From a virus: DNA of 64,000 nucleotides. The translations under genes were made by a program, and so were the position numbers. The DNA lies in the IMG/VR virus record IMGVR_UViG_3300032073_000003, positions 1 through 64,000 of that record. One strand, given 5' to 3'. The notes under the pieces were generated by a model, which ran no database searches, was not told the origin of the DNA, and was given only the letters and a program-made list of their open reading frames with translations. How positions within the stretch are numbered: the stretch's first letter is position 1; every line of letters starts with the position of its first letter. This document shows positions 10,492 to 20,923 of the stretch, one piece after another.

Positions 10492-13400
10492 TTAATTATT
10501 TACAGTCCAAAATGAATTACTTACTGAAGAAAAATTATTTATAGCTTTTTGCACAGCTTCTTCATTACCACTATTTACAATAGCTCTAAACGTTTCAAAA
10601 TTTATTGTTCTTATTTTATTAAATGCGTCAAATATTCTTAATTCTTTTTCGTCAATTAGTTTTCCTGATCTACTATCTATATCATCATTAATTTCCTGAA
10701 TTGTTATACTTCCATCTGGATTTAATATATTATATTCACCATTAATTATATAATCTCCAGAACCTCTAGATTTTTCTATGTTATAAAAACCAGAACCTCC
10801 AGGATCTTCAAACTTTATTGGACCACTATTTAAAACTATTTCTGTAGGTGTTAAGAATTGTTTTGAAAATAAAGGATTAGAACTCCAAGTTTCTTTTGGT
10901 GCAATAAAAGTTATACCATTCATTGCTATATCAGTTTGAACAGCTTTTACAACTTCTGATTTTAAAACTTCTCCACTTTCATTTGTCATACCTTTTAAAA
11001 TATCTTCAAGTAATTCTAGTGGTGGATTAATAGTCATAGAACCAAGGTTGCTATTTCCCATTGATACCGAACTACTTTCTATATTAAATGGCATTATATC
11101 TCCTTTATTAATTCGATTTCCTAACTGTTCAATAAAATATAATGCTTGCTTTTGACTAATTCCAGGATTATCTTCTAAATTACTAGGTTTTATATTACCT
11201 TTTGTTGTAATTCTATAATCAGTAATGTTTCTATTCCAGTTAGTTCTATTTATAATATCCATCATACTTCTCACAGCAATGTTTCCAGGATCCATCCGTA
11301 TAGATGGCGCAACTTTCATAACAGCTGTTTTACTTGCATAATTAAATTTATCTGCATCTATATCTCCAGGTTGACTTTGATTTATTGTATTTACAAAATA
11401 TGATTTTAATGAGCCTTTTTTATTTGGAGTACGTATTAAGCTTTCATATGACATATCAAAAATGTCTTTTGTCCAAGATGCTGTTCCTGTTTTTTGATCT
11501 CTATCATCACCAAAAATTAAATCTGCTGTACCAATTATTGGAAAAACATAATTATACCAACTTCTTTCTTTTGGAATATCTTTTTTCATACCAATATCAA
11601 ATCCAAGAATATTATGAATTTGATTATCTATTTCAGGAGCCATTGCTTCAAAATCTTGTTGCATTCCATTAGCCTTAACTGTATAATAATACATTAATAC
11701 ATCTACAGCTTTATTAATTCTATCTTGACTATAATCAACATTAGGATTATTTTTTGAAACTATTGTGCTAAACTCTTGAATATCTTTAGTTAATTTATTT
11801 TTAATTAAATTATAATTTTCATTTTTAATTTGATCCAAAGACTTATTCATACGATCCCATTGATTAAGAACCATAATTGATTTATCATTAGAGTATTTTA
11901 ATGCAAGATCATCTTTATTATCTTTAGACCATATTTCCATTTGTTTATTAATATTACTAATTCCTTTATTATTAATATTATTTAAAGTAAATTCTTCAGG
12001 ATTATTAGTATAATTTCCCATTATACTTTTCCATGCATCTACAAGTTCGTCCTTACTAACTGTATTTTTATTTTTTTGTATTAATACGTCACGAGCCAAC
12101 TCATTAGTCGGGTCTATATTATTAATAAAAACTGCTAATTGAGCTTTTCTAAATTTTCCTCTATCTACACCTTCATTTACTATTTTCATTATGTGTTCTA
12201 CACTGCTAGATGTTTTCATTAGAATTGCCTTATCTAATGTATTTTTATTCATCTCTTCAAAAGATGTAGTATTCTCACTAGTTTGACCAGCATCACTATT
12301 TCCTTTAGTACTAATTACATTAAAACCATTTACTTGAGGATCTGTGATTAATTTTCCAGTTTGGAGATCATAACTCCAATAACCTTGTTCTACAAGATAA
12401 TCTGTAGCTTTTTGCGAAGCCTTATTATTTTTAATAAGTTCAATTTCTTTTTTCTTATACGCATGTTTTAAATTAGCTAATCCTACTTGATTTACTTTAA
12501 ATGTAGATGATGAATTTATTTCTGCATATTGTTTTGCTGCTGCTAATATATCCTGTTGTGCATAAATACTAGCAAAACCAGCATCTACTTTCATCCTATC
12601 TAAATCTAAATTAGAACCATCATCAATATACCCTTGCTGTGTAGCAGTAGATTGATCATCATTAAGTTGATTATTTAATTTACTAGTATTATCTGCAATA
12701 GTAGATTCTATACGGAGTAAATCCTCTAAAGAATTACCATAGCTACTTTGATATGGATTTAAATTATTATTTTTAACATTCTTTTCTAAGTCACCTTGAA
12801 GATTTTGAGTAGTTTCTAAATCATCTTGTGCTTTATTATTTTCTTTAAAAGCATTTGTTTTTAACCAATCCATTTTACCACGGATGTATTCTTTTTCAGC
12901 TTCTTTAGAATTTCCAAATTTTTCTGCATTTTCATATGCATAACTCATTCTTTCAACAAATGCTCTTTCTCTATACATATCTTGTATATCAGGTCTACCT
13001 GCATACTCAGATTTAAATAATTGCTGGAGAGTTGGTAAAATAACATCTCCATTTTTCTTTCTAATATTATATACTGAATTATAAGGAATATCTACTGTCT
13101 TACTAATATTTAATTTTCTAGCTAAGTCCCCGTATTCTTTTTGAGCTTGTACATAAGGAGTATATTTAGCATTTCTAATATTTAATGTTTCTTCAAGAGT
13201 AGAATCTCTAAACATTTGTTTTCTTAATTCTAATCCTTTTATACCTGTAGGCCAATACTGACTTCTTTGTTTTTCATCTTGAGATTTTGTTAAAGCATTT
13301 GCACTATTAAACTCATTAGCCCAATTTTTAGTCCAAGCCATATCTTTCATAAGATACTTATCTTCATAAAAAGGTCTAAAAACTTGCATAGCTTGATTAA

Positions 13401-13665
13401 CATTTTGTTCTAATGATAAATCTAAACCAGAGACTCTCTTAAGATTAAAATCAATTTGTTTTAATAACTCATCTTTCTTTTCAATATTTTGACCATGAGT
13501 TAAATCTGCACCATATAATTGACCATATAGATTATTTAATTGTTTCCAATTACTATCATATTGTGTTTGCTTTGTTTGTAGAGCATTAGCATAGAAATTA
13601 TAATCAGGTTGAAAAGGCTGATAATCTGGTATAAAATCTGTTACTCCTTGTAAATACGTTGCCAT
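10492..13665 (-). CDS. 1057-aa putative ejected/internal virion protein
   Basis: Long ORF with N-terminus MATYLQGVTDFIPDYQPFQPDY, helical/coiled-coil character, and position between the muzzle gene and the giant cargo genes. Confidence 0.65.
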   Translation of the reverse strand: MATYLQGVTDFIPDYQPFQPDYNFYANALQTKQTQYDSNWKQLNNLYGQLYGADLTHGQNIEKKDELLKQIDFNLKRVSGLDLSLEQNVNQAMQVFRPFYEDKYLMKDMAWTKNWANEFNSANALTKSQDEKQRSQYWPTGIKGLELRKQMFRDSTLEETLNIRNAKYTPYVQAQKEYGDLARKLNISKTVDIPYNSVYNIRKKNGDVILPTLQQLFKSEYAGRPDIQDMYRERAFVERMSYAYENAEKFGNSKEAEKEYIRGKMDWLKTNAFKENNKAQDDLETTQNLQGDLEKNVKNNNLNPYQSSYGNSLEDLLRIESTIADNTSKLNNQLNDDQSTATQQGYIDDGSNLDLDRMKVDAGFASIYAQQDILAAAKQYAEINSSSTFKVNQVGLANLKHAYKKKEIELIKNNKASQKATDYLVEQGYWSYDLQTGKLITDPQVNGFNVISTKGNSDAGQTSENTTSFEEMNKNTLDKAILMKTSSSVEHIMKIVNEGVDRGKFRKAQLAVFINNIDPTNELARDVLIQKNKNTVSKDELVDAWKSIMGNYTNNPEEFTLNNINNKGISNINKQMEIWSKDNKDDLALKYSNDKSIMVLNQWDRMNKSLDQIKNENYNLIKNKLTKDIQEFSTIVSKNNPNVDYSQDRINKAVDVLMYYYTVKANGMQQDFEAMAPEIDNQIHNILGFDIGMKKDIPKERSWYNYVFPIIGTADLIFGDDRDQKTGTASWTKDIFDMSYESLIRTPNKKGSLKSYFVNTINQSQPGDIDADKFNYASKTAVMKVAPSIRMDPGNIAVRSMMDIINRTNWNRNITDYRITTKGNIKPSNLEDNPGISQKQALYFIEQLGNRINKGDIMPFNIESSSVSMGNSNLGSMTINPPLELLEDILKGMTNESGEVLKSEVVKAVQTDIAMNGITFIAPKETWSSNPLFSKQFLTPTEIVLNSGPIKFEDPGGSGFYNIEKSRGSGDYIINGEYNILNPDGSITIQEINDDIDSRSGKLIDEKELRIFDAFNKIRTINFETFRAIVNSGNEEAVQKAINNFSSVSNSFWTVNN

Positions 13666-13720
13666 AATATTGTTTCTGTAAAAATATTAAAATTTTTTAA
13701 GTTTAGTAAACTTACTAAGT

Positions 13721-16693
13721 TTATATGCCGTCATCAAACCATGGGTTAAAATATACATAACCTCCTGTATTAAATTCAGGATACATATTTGGAGGTGATG
13801 CTGGTTGAGAGTTATTTTTTAATGTACTCCATTCATACCTGGCATTCTTAGCAGCTTGTTCTGCTGATAGTCCTTCACCTATCCACTTATCATAAAGTGA
13901 TTCATAAGTAGCAGAATTAGTTGGACTAGGGTTTCTTGAATTAGGTATATGTTCCATCGGCCCACCTCTTCCAGGAAATACTTTATAATCTGGATACATC
14001 TGATTCATAGCATCTGTTTGCCATCTATTAGTAATAGCATTAGTATATTGATTTCTTAAGTTATTTCTCATAGCTAATTTAGAGTTATCATACTGTTGAT
14101 TAGCCATTGTAGTTTGATCATATACTCTTTGATTAGTTGCTTGTCTTAACATGCTTTCCTGATTTCTAACATCAGTTGCTTTAAGTTCAAATTGATTTGC
14201 TATGTTAACATTAGAATTATTATACTTAGCTAATATATCTGCAGCATTTTTAGCAGCTTGTCCTTGAATACCTGATGATCTTGCAGACAATGCTTGAGGT
14301 CCAGCAAACTGTGCCATACCTTGTGTTTGTATATTTGCTTGTTCTGCATTAGCTGCCAGTTCTCTAGTAGGATCTAAAAATGTAGGTCTTGGTTCTTCTA
14401 AATCTACACCAGGTGCCCATGGCATATATTTTTTAATACCCATTAAATCTCCAAATGCACCTGCAGTTTTAATTGTATCTTGCAACCACCACTCTGCATT
14501 TCCACCAGGTACTGATACATTTACATCTTCTTGACAAGGAGGACATTCTCCAGATGGAAGACGTGTTGTAGGTATTTCACTTCCATCTGGACGCATGCAT
14601 AAACATTCTTCTAGTGGTTCTCCTGCTTCTTCTTCTATATCTTCAAAACTTAATCCGTGAATATATTCAATTTGTCCTGCATCTGTATTACCTCTATGTC
14701 CATCAATAGGGGTAATGTTTTTTACACCGGCAACTGCTTCATCTTCAAATCCTTGTGATCTACCATATGGTTTAAACCCTTCTATTGGTGAAAAATTTAA
14801 TAATGCTTGTCTTTCTGTTTCAGTAAAATCATTATCCTCTGAATCAAGTTGTTTCATTAAACTATTCATTCCAAGAAATGCTGCTTGTTCAATTTTTACT
14901 TGATTTTGTACACTTGCATCTGTAGGATCATAGTTTATACCTAAATCCTTAAAAGATTTTTGTAAACTTGTATATCCATTAGCTTTAATTTTATCGTACA
15001 TTGCCTGAATCTCAGAGTCAGATAAATCACGTCCCCTAGTAGTACCTTTAACTACATCATAAAATCCTTTATCATCACCTTCTCCTGATCCCGTACTTTC
15101 ATAATCTCTTAACTTATCTCCATTATTAGTAAACATATAAGAACCAAACACTGGAATCTTTAGACGATCTTTAGCAGTTGTTAATTTAAGATTTCTTTTT
15201 TGTTGATCTAAATGAGCTTTAACAACATCATCTTCTGTTAAACTATTAATAACAGAATCTGTAACCATTGGCCAATATCCCGGTTTTCTTGATTTTTTAT
15301 AATTTTCTTTCTCTCTAAGTTGAACTATAGTTTCCTCAAAAAGTTTCTTTCTTGCTATAGGATCTTGTAAACCTTGTTCAATTGATTGATATGTTGCTGC
15401 AGCTACAGCATTATCATTCCAATCAGTTGCTAAATCAGATCCTTCATATTTGTCAAAGCTAGTAGCACTAACTTTTTGTAAATATCTTTTACCATCATGA
15501 ATAACATATATTTTTCCACCACGACCTACTTTAGCATATGCATTCCTTAATGCTTGTTGAAATTTTTCTGGTGTATCATACTCATCTTTATTAATTTCTA
15601 CAGTACCTCCATCTTGCATTACTGATAATTCATCAGGTTGTTGTGCTGCAGCCATAGATTGTTGTATTAAACTAATTACATCTTGTTCAGGCATACCTAA
15701 CTCAATAAATATTTGTGCTATACTTTCAGGTGGAATTTGATCATATAATAAAGCTTGTACAACTTGTTCTGGAGCAGCACCTTGTTCTAATGCAGATTGC
15801 ACTTGTTGCATAAGCTGCATCATTTGTTGTTGAGCTCCTTCTTGCTCTTGCATTTGTTGTCTATATATATCAGAATAACCACCTTGCTGCATCATAGGTT
15901 GTGGTGCAGATTGAAGTTGTTGAGGTGGTTCCTGCATAGGTTGAGGTTGAGCTACTGGTCTTCCCTCATTCATACCCATAGCCTCATTTAAAAAGTTTTC
16001 ATTACCTCCTTGTTCTTCTTTTTCTTTTTGACTTTCAAGTTGAGATTTTAATTGTGCTAATTCTTTACTAGGTAGTATTTGTTCTTCTGTAATTCCTTTA
16101 GCTTCCATACAAGGTCTTGCTACTACAGGTATACCTTGTGGGAATCCTTTCATAGATTCTTGTTTTAAAGCAAGACATCCTAGCTTAACTACGTAATTTT
16201 TAATCATTAACTCAGCAGTTTTCTTTTCTATTGCATTTGAGTTAGGATCTTCTAGCAACACTCTATACTTTTGTATATCATATTGTTTAGCAAGGTTAGC
16301 AGGAGTATATGATTTTTTACCACACGGTTTACCAAACATAGTTAAGATTTCACAATCTTTTATTTTCATTGATCTTGTATCACTAAAAATAAAAGTATCT
16401 TCAGGAAGATTTAAAGGCACACCTCCAGCATTATGTCTAGGTCCTTTAATAATTTGTGTTTCAGGAAAAAAGTCACCATTAACATCTCCATATACAAGTT
16501 CCCCACCTTCAGCTTCTACATTAGATTCTTCTCTAGGATCGGCAGTTATATATCTACTTTCCTTAAGTTTAGGTTTTCTCATTTCTCTATTGTAGTCTCC
16601 ACCACCCATTGGGGCAATATCATTAACTAAGCTACCATCTACTTGGTATCCTGTTTTAGCTTTGGCTTGTTTTTTAATTCTTACTTTTATCAT
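13721..16693 (-). CDS. ~990-aa putative internal virion (cargo) protein with Q/M-rich linkers and xxGG motifs
   Basis: ORF track start 16732 overlaps the upstream gene. ATG at 16693 (MIKVRIKKQAKAKTG) follows the upstream stop at 16698 and matches the N-termini of neighbouring genes. N-terminal EAEGGEL...KGPRHNAGGVP domain. Confidence 0.7.
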   Translation of the reverse strand: MIKVRIKKQAKAKTGYQVDGSLVNDIAPMGGGDYNREMRKPKLKESRYITADPREESNVEAEGGELVYGDVNGDFFPETQIIKGPRHNAGGVPLNLPEDTFIFSDTRSMKIKDCEILTMFGKPCGKKSYTPANLAKQYDIQKYRVLLEDPNSNAIEKKTAELMIKNYVVKLGCLALKQESMKGFPQGIPVVARPCMEAKGITEEQILPSKELAQLKSQLESQKEKEEQGGNENFLNEAMGMNEGRPVAQPQPMQEPPQQLQSAPQPMMQQGGYSDIYRQQMQEQEGAQQQMMQLMQQVQSALEQGAAPEQVVQALLYDQIPPESIAQIFIELGMPEQDVISLIQQSMAAAQQPDELSVMQDGGTVEINKDEYDTPEKFQQALRNAYAKVGRGGKIYVIHDGKRYLQKVSATSFDKYEGSDLATDWNDNAVAAATYQSIEQGLQDPIARKKLFEETIVQLREKENYKKSRKPGYWPMVTDSVINSLTEDDVVKAHLDQQKRNLKLTTAKDRLKIPVFGSYMFTNNGDKLRDYESTGSGEGDDKGFYDVVKGTTRGRDLSDSEIQAMYDKIKANGYTSLQKSFKDLGINYDPTDASVQNQVKIEQAAFLGMNSLMKQLDSEDNDFTETERQALLNFSPIEGFKPYGRSQGFEDEAVAGVKNITPIDGHRGNTDAGQIEYIHGLSFEDIEEEAGEPLEECLCMRPDGSEIPTTRLPSGECPPCQEDVNVSVPGGNAEWWLQDTIKTAGAFGDLMGIKKYMPWAPGVDLEEPRPTFLDPTRELAANAEQANIQTQGMAQFAGPQALSARSSGIQGQAAKNAADILAKYNNSNVNIANQFELKATDVRNQESMLRQATNQRVYDQTTMANQQYDNSKLAMRNNLRNQYTNAITNRWQTDAMNQMYPDYKVFPGRGGPMEHIPNSRNPSPTNSATYESLYDKWIGEGLSAEQAAKNARYEWSTLKNNSQPASPPNMYPEFNTGGYVYFNPWFDDGI

Positions 16694-16697
16694 TGGT

Positions 16698-19600
16698 TTA
16701 GTATAAGTATTCAACTTGTCCTCCTGATGCAAGGTAATTATTTAATTGGTCTTGAGTCATAAAAACTTCTTGACCTTCATCATAATATGGTGAATTAGTT
16801 CCTCCTTGTTCCATTTGATTATCTGGCATTATCATTCCATTTGGCATCATATGGTATCCAGGAGGTACATTTTCATTTTGCATATATCCTCCATCTTCCA
16901 TGTATCTTCCATATTTAGCCATAGTTGATGCCATTCCATAATTATCCTGACCCATTTGATCATATCTAAACATTCCCAAATTTTGTCCAGTAGTTGAACC
17001 ATAATTACCTCTATTTTGAAAATTAGCACTTGCATAATTATTTTCAGGTGCTACAAGATCTAAAGTATTATTATATTCTCTTTTATTACTACCAGCATTT
17101 TCAAAAATATTTGCAACTCCTCTTGCTCCTGCATTAAATAGATTTACATTAGCTTCATAATCTCTTGGAAATTTTTTCATATTAAAATCTGCAGAACCTT
17201 GACCACCATTTTCATCTGGAAATAATAAATCAGCATTTTCTCCAATATTCCCTGCTATCTCATAAGTAGGGTAAGAATCATTTGGATTATACATATTATC
17301 TTCAACACTAGTTTGAAAAGGATTTATCATAGTATTTTCACCAACACCGAAACCTGTAAATTCACTAACACCACCATTCCTATAAGTAGGAATATATCCT
17401 CCATATTCTTGGTTTTTAATAATTTTTGCTGCTGCCCTATCATCTCTTCTCTCAGCTCTCCTAGTCTGTCTTGCTGCTTGTCTAGCATCTTGAAACCTTT
17501 GTCTATCTTCTGATTTATATGATTTATTTAATTGCTTTTGAGATTTTTTTCCTACTACCATATCTCTCATAGAATCTGTATTATAAGCATAAGCATTTTC
17601 ATAAGGATTTGTCACACCTTCATTACCAATTGCATTAATATCTGCTCCAGCCATTCTATTTGGATCTTCCCAGTAATCTTCTCCAAAATTACCTTCACCT
17701 AAATATTTAGAATATCTTCTATTTTTTCTTCCTTGTCCTATATCATCTTTAACACCATTAACACTATTCATTAAATTTTGATATATTCCCTCATCATATC
17801 TAGTATTTTTAATTACATCTTCAGATAAGTTATTATTTCCTCCACCAAAATAAACTGTTCCTTCTTTAGGTCTTCCTAACCAATTATTTTTAAACTCTAC
17901 TCTACTTACAGGTCCTGCTGTATTACCTGTAAAATTTGACATTTGCATGTATCTATTGTTTCTTCTTCTGTTCCATGGTAGTAATGCTCCTAAAACTCCT
18001 CTTGATGTTCCAGGTCCTTGTATATAGTTAGTATTATATTGTACCATTGGCACACATCTTTGTAAACGTTCATTCCACATTTGCCCATATCCACATTGTT
18101 TATTTACTTGCATTCCATCATCTGCTTGAGGCATATCATATGGTTCATAGTATTCTGATTCCATACCACCTGAGATAAACTTAGTAAGAGGATTTTCAGC
18201 ATCCATATCTGTAAACCCTCCTAATTCCATCATTGCTGGTGCTTGCATTTGTTGTTGCTGCATAGCCATCATTTCTTCTTCAGATGGTCCCATACCTTGA
18301 GGTTGTTGCTGACCTTGAGACATTATTTGCTGCATAACTTGAACTACTTGTTCTTCAGGCATTCCTAACTGAACAAATATCTGAGCTACAGCTTCAGGTT
18401 CTAACCCACCTTGTAATAACTGCATCATTACTTCTTCTGGTTGAGCACCACTTTCAAGAGCTCCTTGTACTTGTCCTATAATTTCTTCCATTTGATTTCC
18501 ATTATTTTGCAATCCTCCTCCTTCTTGAGAATATTGCATTTCAGTAGGATTAGCTAAATCTTCTTGTTTTCCATTAGACATTAATGTTTGCATAATTTCA
18601 GGATTTCCCTTTGCTAAATCATATATGTCACTTGTCGTAGCTTTATTTGAACTATTTTTTAAATTACTAATAAACCCATCTTTTATTTTTTGAACATCAC
18701 CTATATTAGTATCTGTTCTATCTCCTCTACCAAAAGCATTAGAATCATTTGTATTTGCACCACCATTTTTATAAAATGCTAAAAGATTTTTAGTAAATTT
18801 CTTTTTACTAATAGTACCACCTTGTTTTTTTGGTTCCGGTAAAGTATCCCAATCTAAATTATACATATCACTTATTGGAGTAACATTAGGTGTAGAATCA
18901 ATAAAAGGAATATAATTAGAAGGATCTATAATATTTTTTCCATCTCCAATTTGAAGTTCTCTTTTGAAACCAGGTATTATAACATCCTCTTCACTTGGAC
19001 GTGTCATATAATATCCTAAACCACCAGCAATTAAACCTGCTCCAATATTAAAATTCCTACCTTTTCTACGAAAGTAATCAGTATAGTTTTTAATATCTTC
19101 TGCTGTATTTACATCATCTAATGGCATTCCACTTTTTTCCTTAGCACCATAATTATAAATATCTTGACTTACATCTATAATATTTTTACCTCTAGTTCTA
19201 ATTGGATTATATCCAAACATTTGAGGAAGCCACTGACCAGTATAAAGACTTTCTCCTACCCTACCTATTTTATTTCCTGTTGATATTTCAGCAAATGTTT
19301 TTGGTGGTGTAGCTGTAAATTCTTTACGGCTTATTAAACTTTTAAGTGGATTTCTATTTAGAGGTAAAAATTTAACATCACCTCTAGTACTTCCCATTAT
19401 ACTTTTATATAATGAAGGTACTAAAGGTCTAGTAACTTCAAACATTGTATTAGTACCATTTTCTATTAAATTTAAATTTTCATCATAAACATTAAATGCT
19501 TTTGTTTCTTCATTAGGTTCATAATAAAATCTATTTCTAAAAGTTGTTTTAGAAGCATTACTAGGAATTCCAAAATAAGGACCCTGATCTCCAGGTTTAT

Positions 19601-20873
19601 ATGTATATGAAATATCAAAAAACTTAAGTCCCGCATCATCTTCACCTAAACTAATTTTAGAATTACCTGGATAAACACCACCTATTGTTTCTCGACCTAC
19701 TGGTATTACCTCTTCTAAAAGAAAAGATGATCTTCCTTCAGTATTACCTTTAACTAAAATATCTTGTATAGCTTTTGAAGGCATTGTTAACCTATCTACA
19801 CTTAAGTCATCTGTAATTTTATTTTTACTAAATGCTGATGAAGCATCAATAACTTTTTCTTTATTGTTTAAAATACTTTGTAGTTCATTAACATTTTGAG
19901 TAAAATAAGATTCTAACTTAGGATCTTTTACTAGCCCTTTACCTTTCCAAGATGATCTAAAAGGTGGACGTGGAATTTTACTTAAACCATATCCTACTGC
20001 AGTATTTATAGGTAATAATTTACCAAAAGCAGATGCTCCTTGCATTTGAGGAACTTTATTATACCAATCATAACCTTTTTTAATACCTGTAGTAATATCT
20101 TTAATAAATTTACCATCTTTAGCTTTAGGTAGTTCTTGTGACATTTCTCCTTCGTTTAACCAATTTTGATTTTCCCAACCATTACTTACAGGACTATAAT
20201 CAGGAAGATAATCACTTATCATACTTGATTGTGGATTTACAAATTGAACACCAGCTTGTTGCTGAACTAAATCTTCTATAGAAAAAGGTTTTTGATTACT
20301 ATTATTAGATTGATTTAAATTTGGATCTTGTTGTGCATATCCTCCTTCATTAAAATAACCACCGTATTTAAAAGCTTGTTGCTGCATTTGTTGTTCATCA
20401 AAACTATCTTCTGTAGCATAATCACTAATATGAGAATTGTCTTCTTCAGATTCAGACATCATAAGCTGTTCTTCTTCTTGTTGTTCAGCCATATCTTCAT
20501 CATTAGATCCTGTTGAATCTGACTGTTCTGAAGTTTCTCCCTGTTGTTGTTCTTCTCCAACTGGTTCAGGATTTATATATCCTTCTTCCATAAGTTGTTT
20601 AATTGCAGATTGTATGACCAACTGAGACATATTTCCGTCAGCTCCATAGTTATTAATTAATTCATAATATACTATATCAGCAGGAGTATCTGCTATTAAA
20701 CTGTTATATGCACTAGTATACATTTGCTGAAACATTTGCTGGTCTTGACCTGAGTTACCTACAGACATTCCTTTTTGTGCTTTTGTTAAAAACTGTTTTG
20801 TTTTATTAAGATAACCTGGAGTTTCTCCTTCTTTTGCTTTTCTTATCCTTACTGTTTTTTTCATAAAATACAT
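16698..20873 (-). CDS. 1391-aa putative cargo protein, low-complexity, many xxGG motifs and one ELPKAKDG-delimited module
   Basis: ORF track; alternative start 20864 (MKKTVRIRK). Motifs KYGG, KQGG, QEGG, MELGG, MEDGG, MEQGG. C-terminal QEVFMTQDQLNNYLASGGQVEYLY tag. Confidence 0.75.
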   Translation of the reverse strand: MYFMKKTVRIRKAKEGETPGYLNKTKQFLTKAQKGMSVGNSGQDQQMFQQMYTSAYNSLIADTPADIVYYELINNYGADGNMSQLVIQSAIKQLMEEGYINPEPVGEEQQQGETSEQSDSTGSNDEDMAEQQEEEQLMMSESEEDNSHISDYATEDSFDEQQMQQQAFKYGGYFNEGGYAQQDPNLNQSNNSNQKPFSIEDLVQQQAGVQFVNPQSSMISDYLPDYSPVSNGWENQNWLNEGEMSQELPKAKDGKFIKDITTGIKKGYDWYNKVPQMQGASAFGKLLPINTAVGYGLSKIPRPPFRSSWKGKGLVKDPKLESYFTQNVNELQSILNNKEKVIDASSAFSKNKITDDLSVDRLTMPSKAIQDILVKGNTEGRSSFLLEEVIPVGRETIGGVYPGNSKISLGEDDAGLKFFDISYTYKPGDQGPYFGIPSNASKTTFRNRFYYEPNEETKAFNVYDENLNLIENGTNTMFEVTRPLVPSLYKSIMGSTRGDVKFLPLNRNPLKSLISRKEFTATPPKTFAEISTGNKIGRVGESLYTGQWLPQMFGYNPIRTRGKNIIDVSQDIYNYGAKEKSGMPLDDVNTAEDIKNYTDYFRRKGRNFNIGAGLIAGGLGYYMTRPSEEDVIIPGFKRELQIGDGKNIIDPSNYIPFIDSTPNVTPISDMYNLDWDTLPEPKKQGGTISKKKFTKNLLAFYKNGGANTNDSNAFGRGDRTDTNIGDVQKIKDGFISNLKNSSNKATTSDIYDLAKGNPEIMQTLMSNGKQEDLANPTEMQYSQEGGGLQNNGNQMEEIIGQVQGALESGAQPEEVMMQLLQGGLEPEAVAQIFVQLGMPEEQVVQVMQQIMSQGQQQPQGMGPSEEEMMAMQQQQMQAPAMMELGGFTDMDAENPLTKFISGGMESEYYEPYDMPQADDGMQVNKQCGYGQMWNERLQRCVPMVQYNTNYIQGPGTSRGVLGALLPWNRRRNNRYMQMSNFTGNTAGPVSRVEFKNNWLGRPKEGTVYFGGGNNNLSEDVIKNTRYDEGIYQNLMNSVNGVKDDIGQGRKNRRYSKYLGEGNFGEDYWEDPNRMAGADINAIGNEGVTNPYENAYAYNTDSMRDMVVGKKSQKQLNKSYKSEDRQRFQDARQAARQTRRAERRDDRAAAKIIKNQEYGGYIPTYRNGGVSEFTGFGVGENTMINPFQTSVEDNMYNPNDSYPTYEIAGNIGENADLLFPDENGGQGSADFNMKKFPRDYEANVNLFNAGARGVANIFENAGSNKREYNNTLDLVAPENNYASANFQNRGNYGSTTGQNLGMFRYDQMGQDNYGMASTMAKYGRYMEDGGYMQNENVPPGYHMMPNGMIMPDNQMEQGGTNSPYYDEGQEVFMTQDQLNNYLASGGQVEYLY

Positions 20874-20879
20874 TGTATA

Positions 20880-20894
20880 TATTAATATACTAAA
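20880..20894 (-). promoter_or_regulatory. Conserved intergenic motif TTTAGTATATT (putative phage late promoter core)
   Basis: Same core at 49878-49892, 54289-54303 and 62014-62024, with variants at 39532-39542 and 43177-43187; always a short distance upstream of a start codon. Confidence 0.6.
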
Positions 20895-20923
20895 TTTAAA
20901 TTTAATCTATAAACTTATATAGT

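Noticed and set aside
16694-16732. Extended start of the 1003-aa ORF (MHQEDK...)
   Set aside because: It overlaps the upstream gene's end. ATG 16693 follows the stop and matches the paralogous N-terminal motif.
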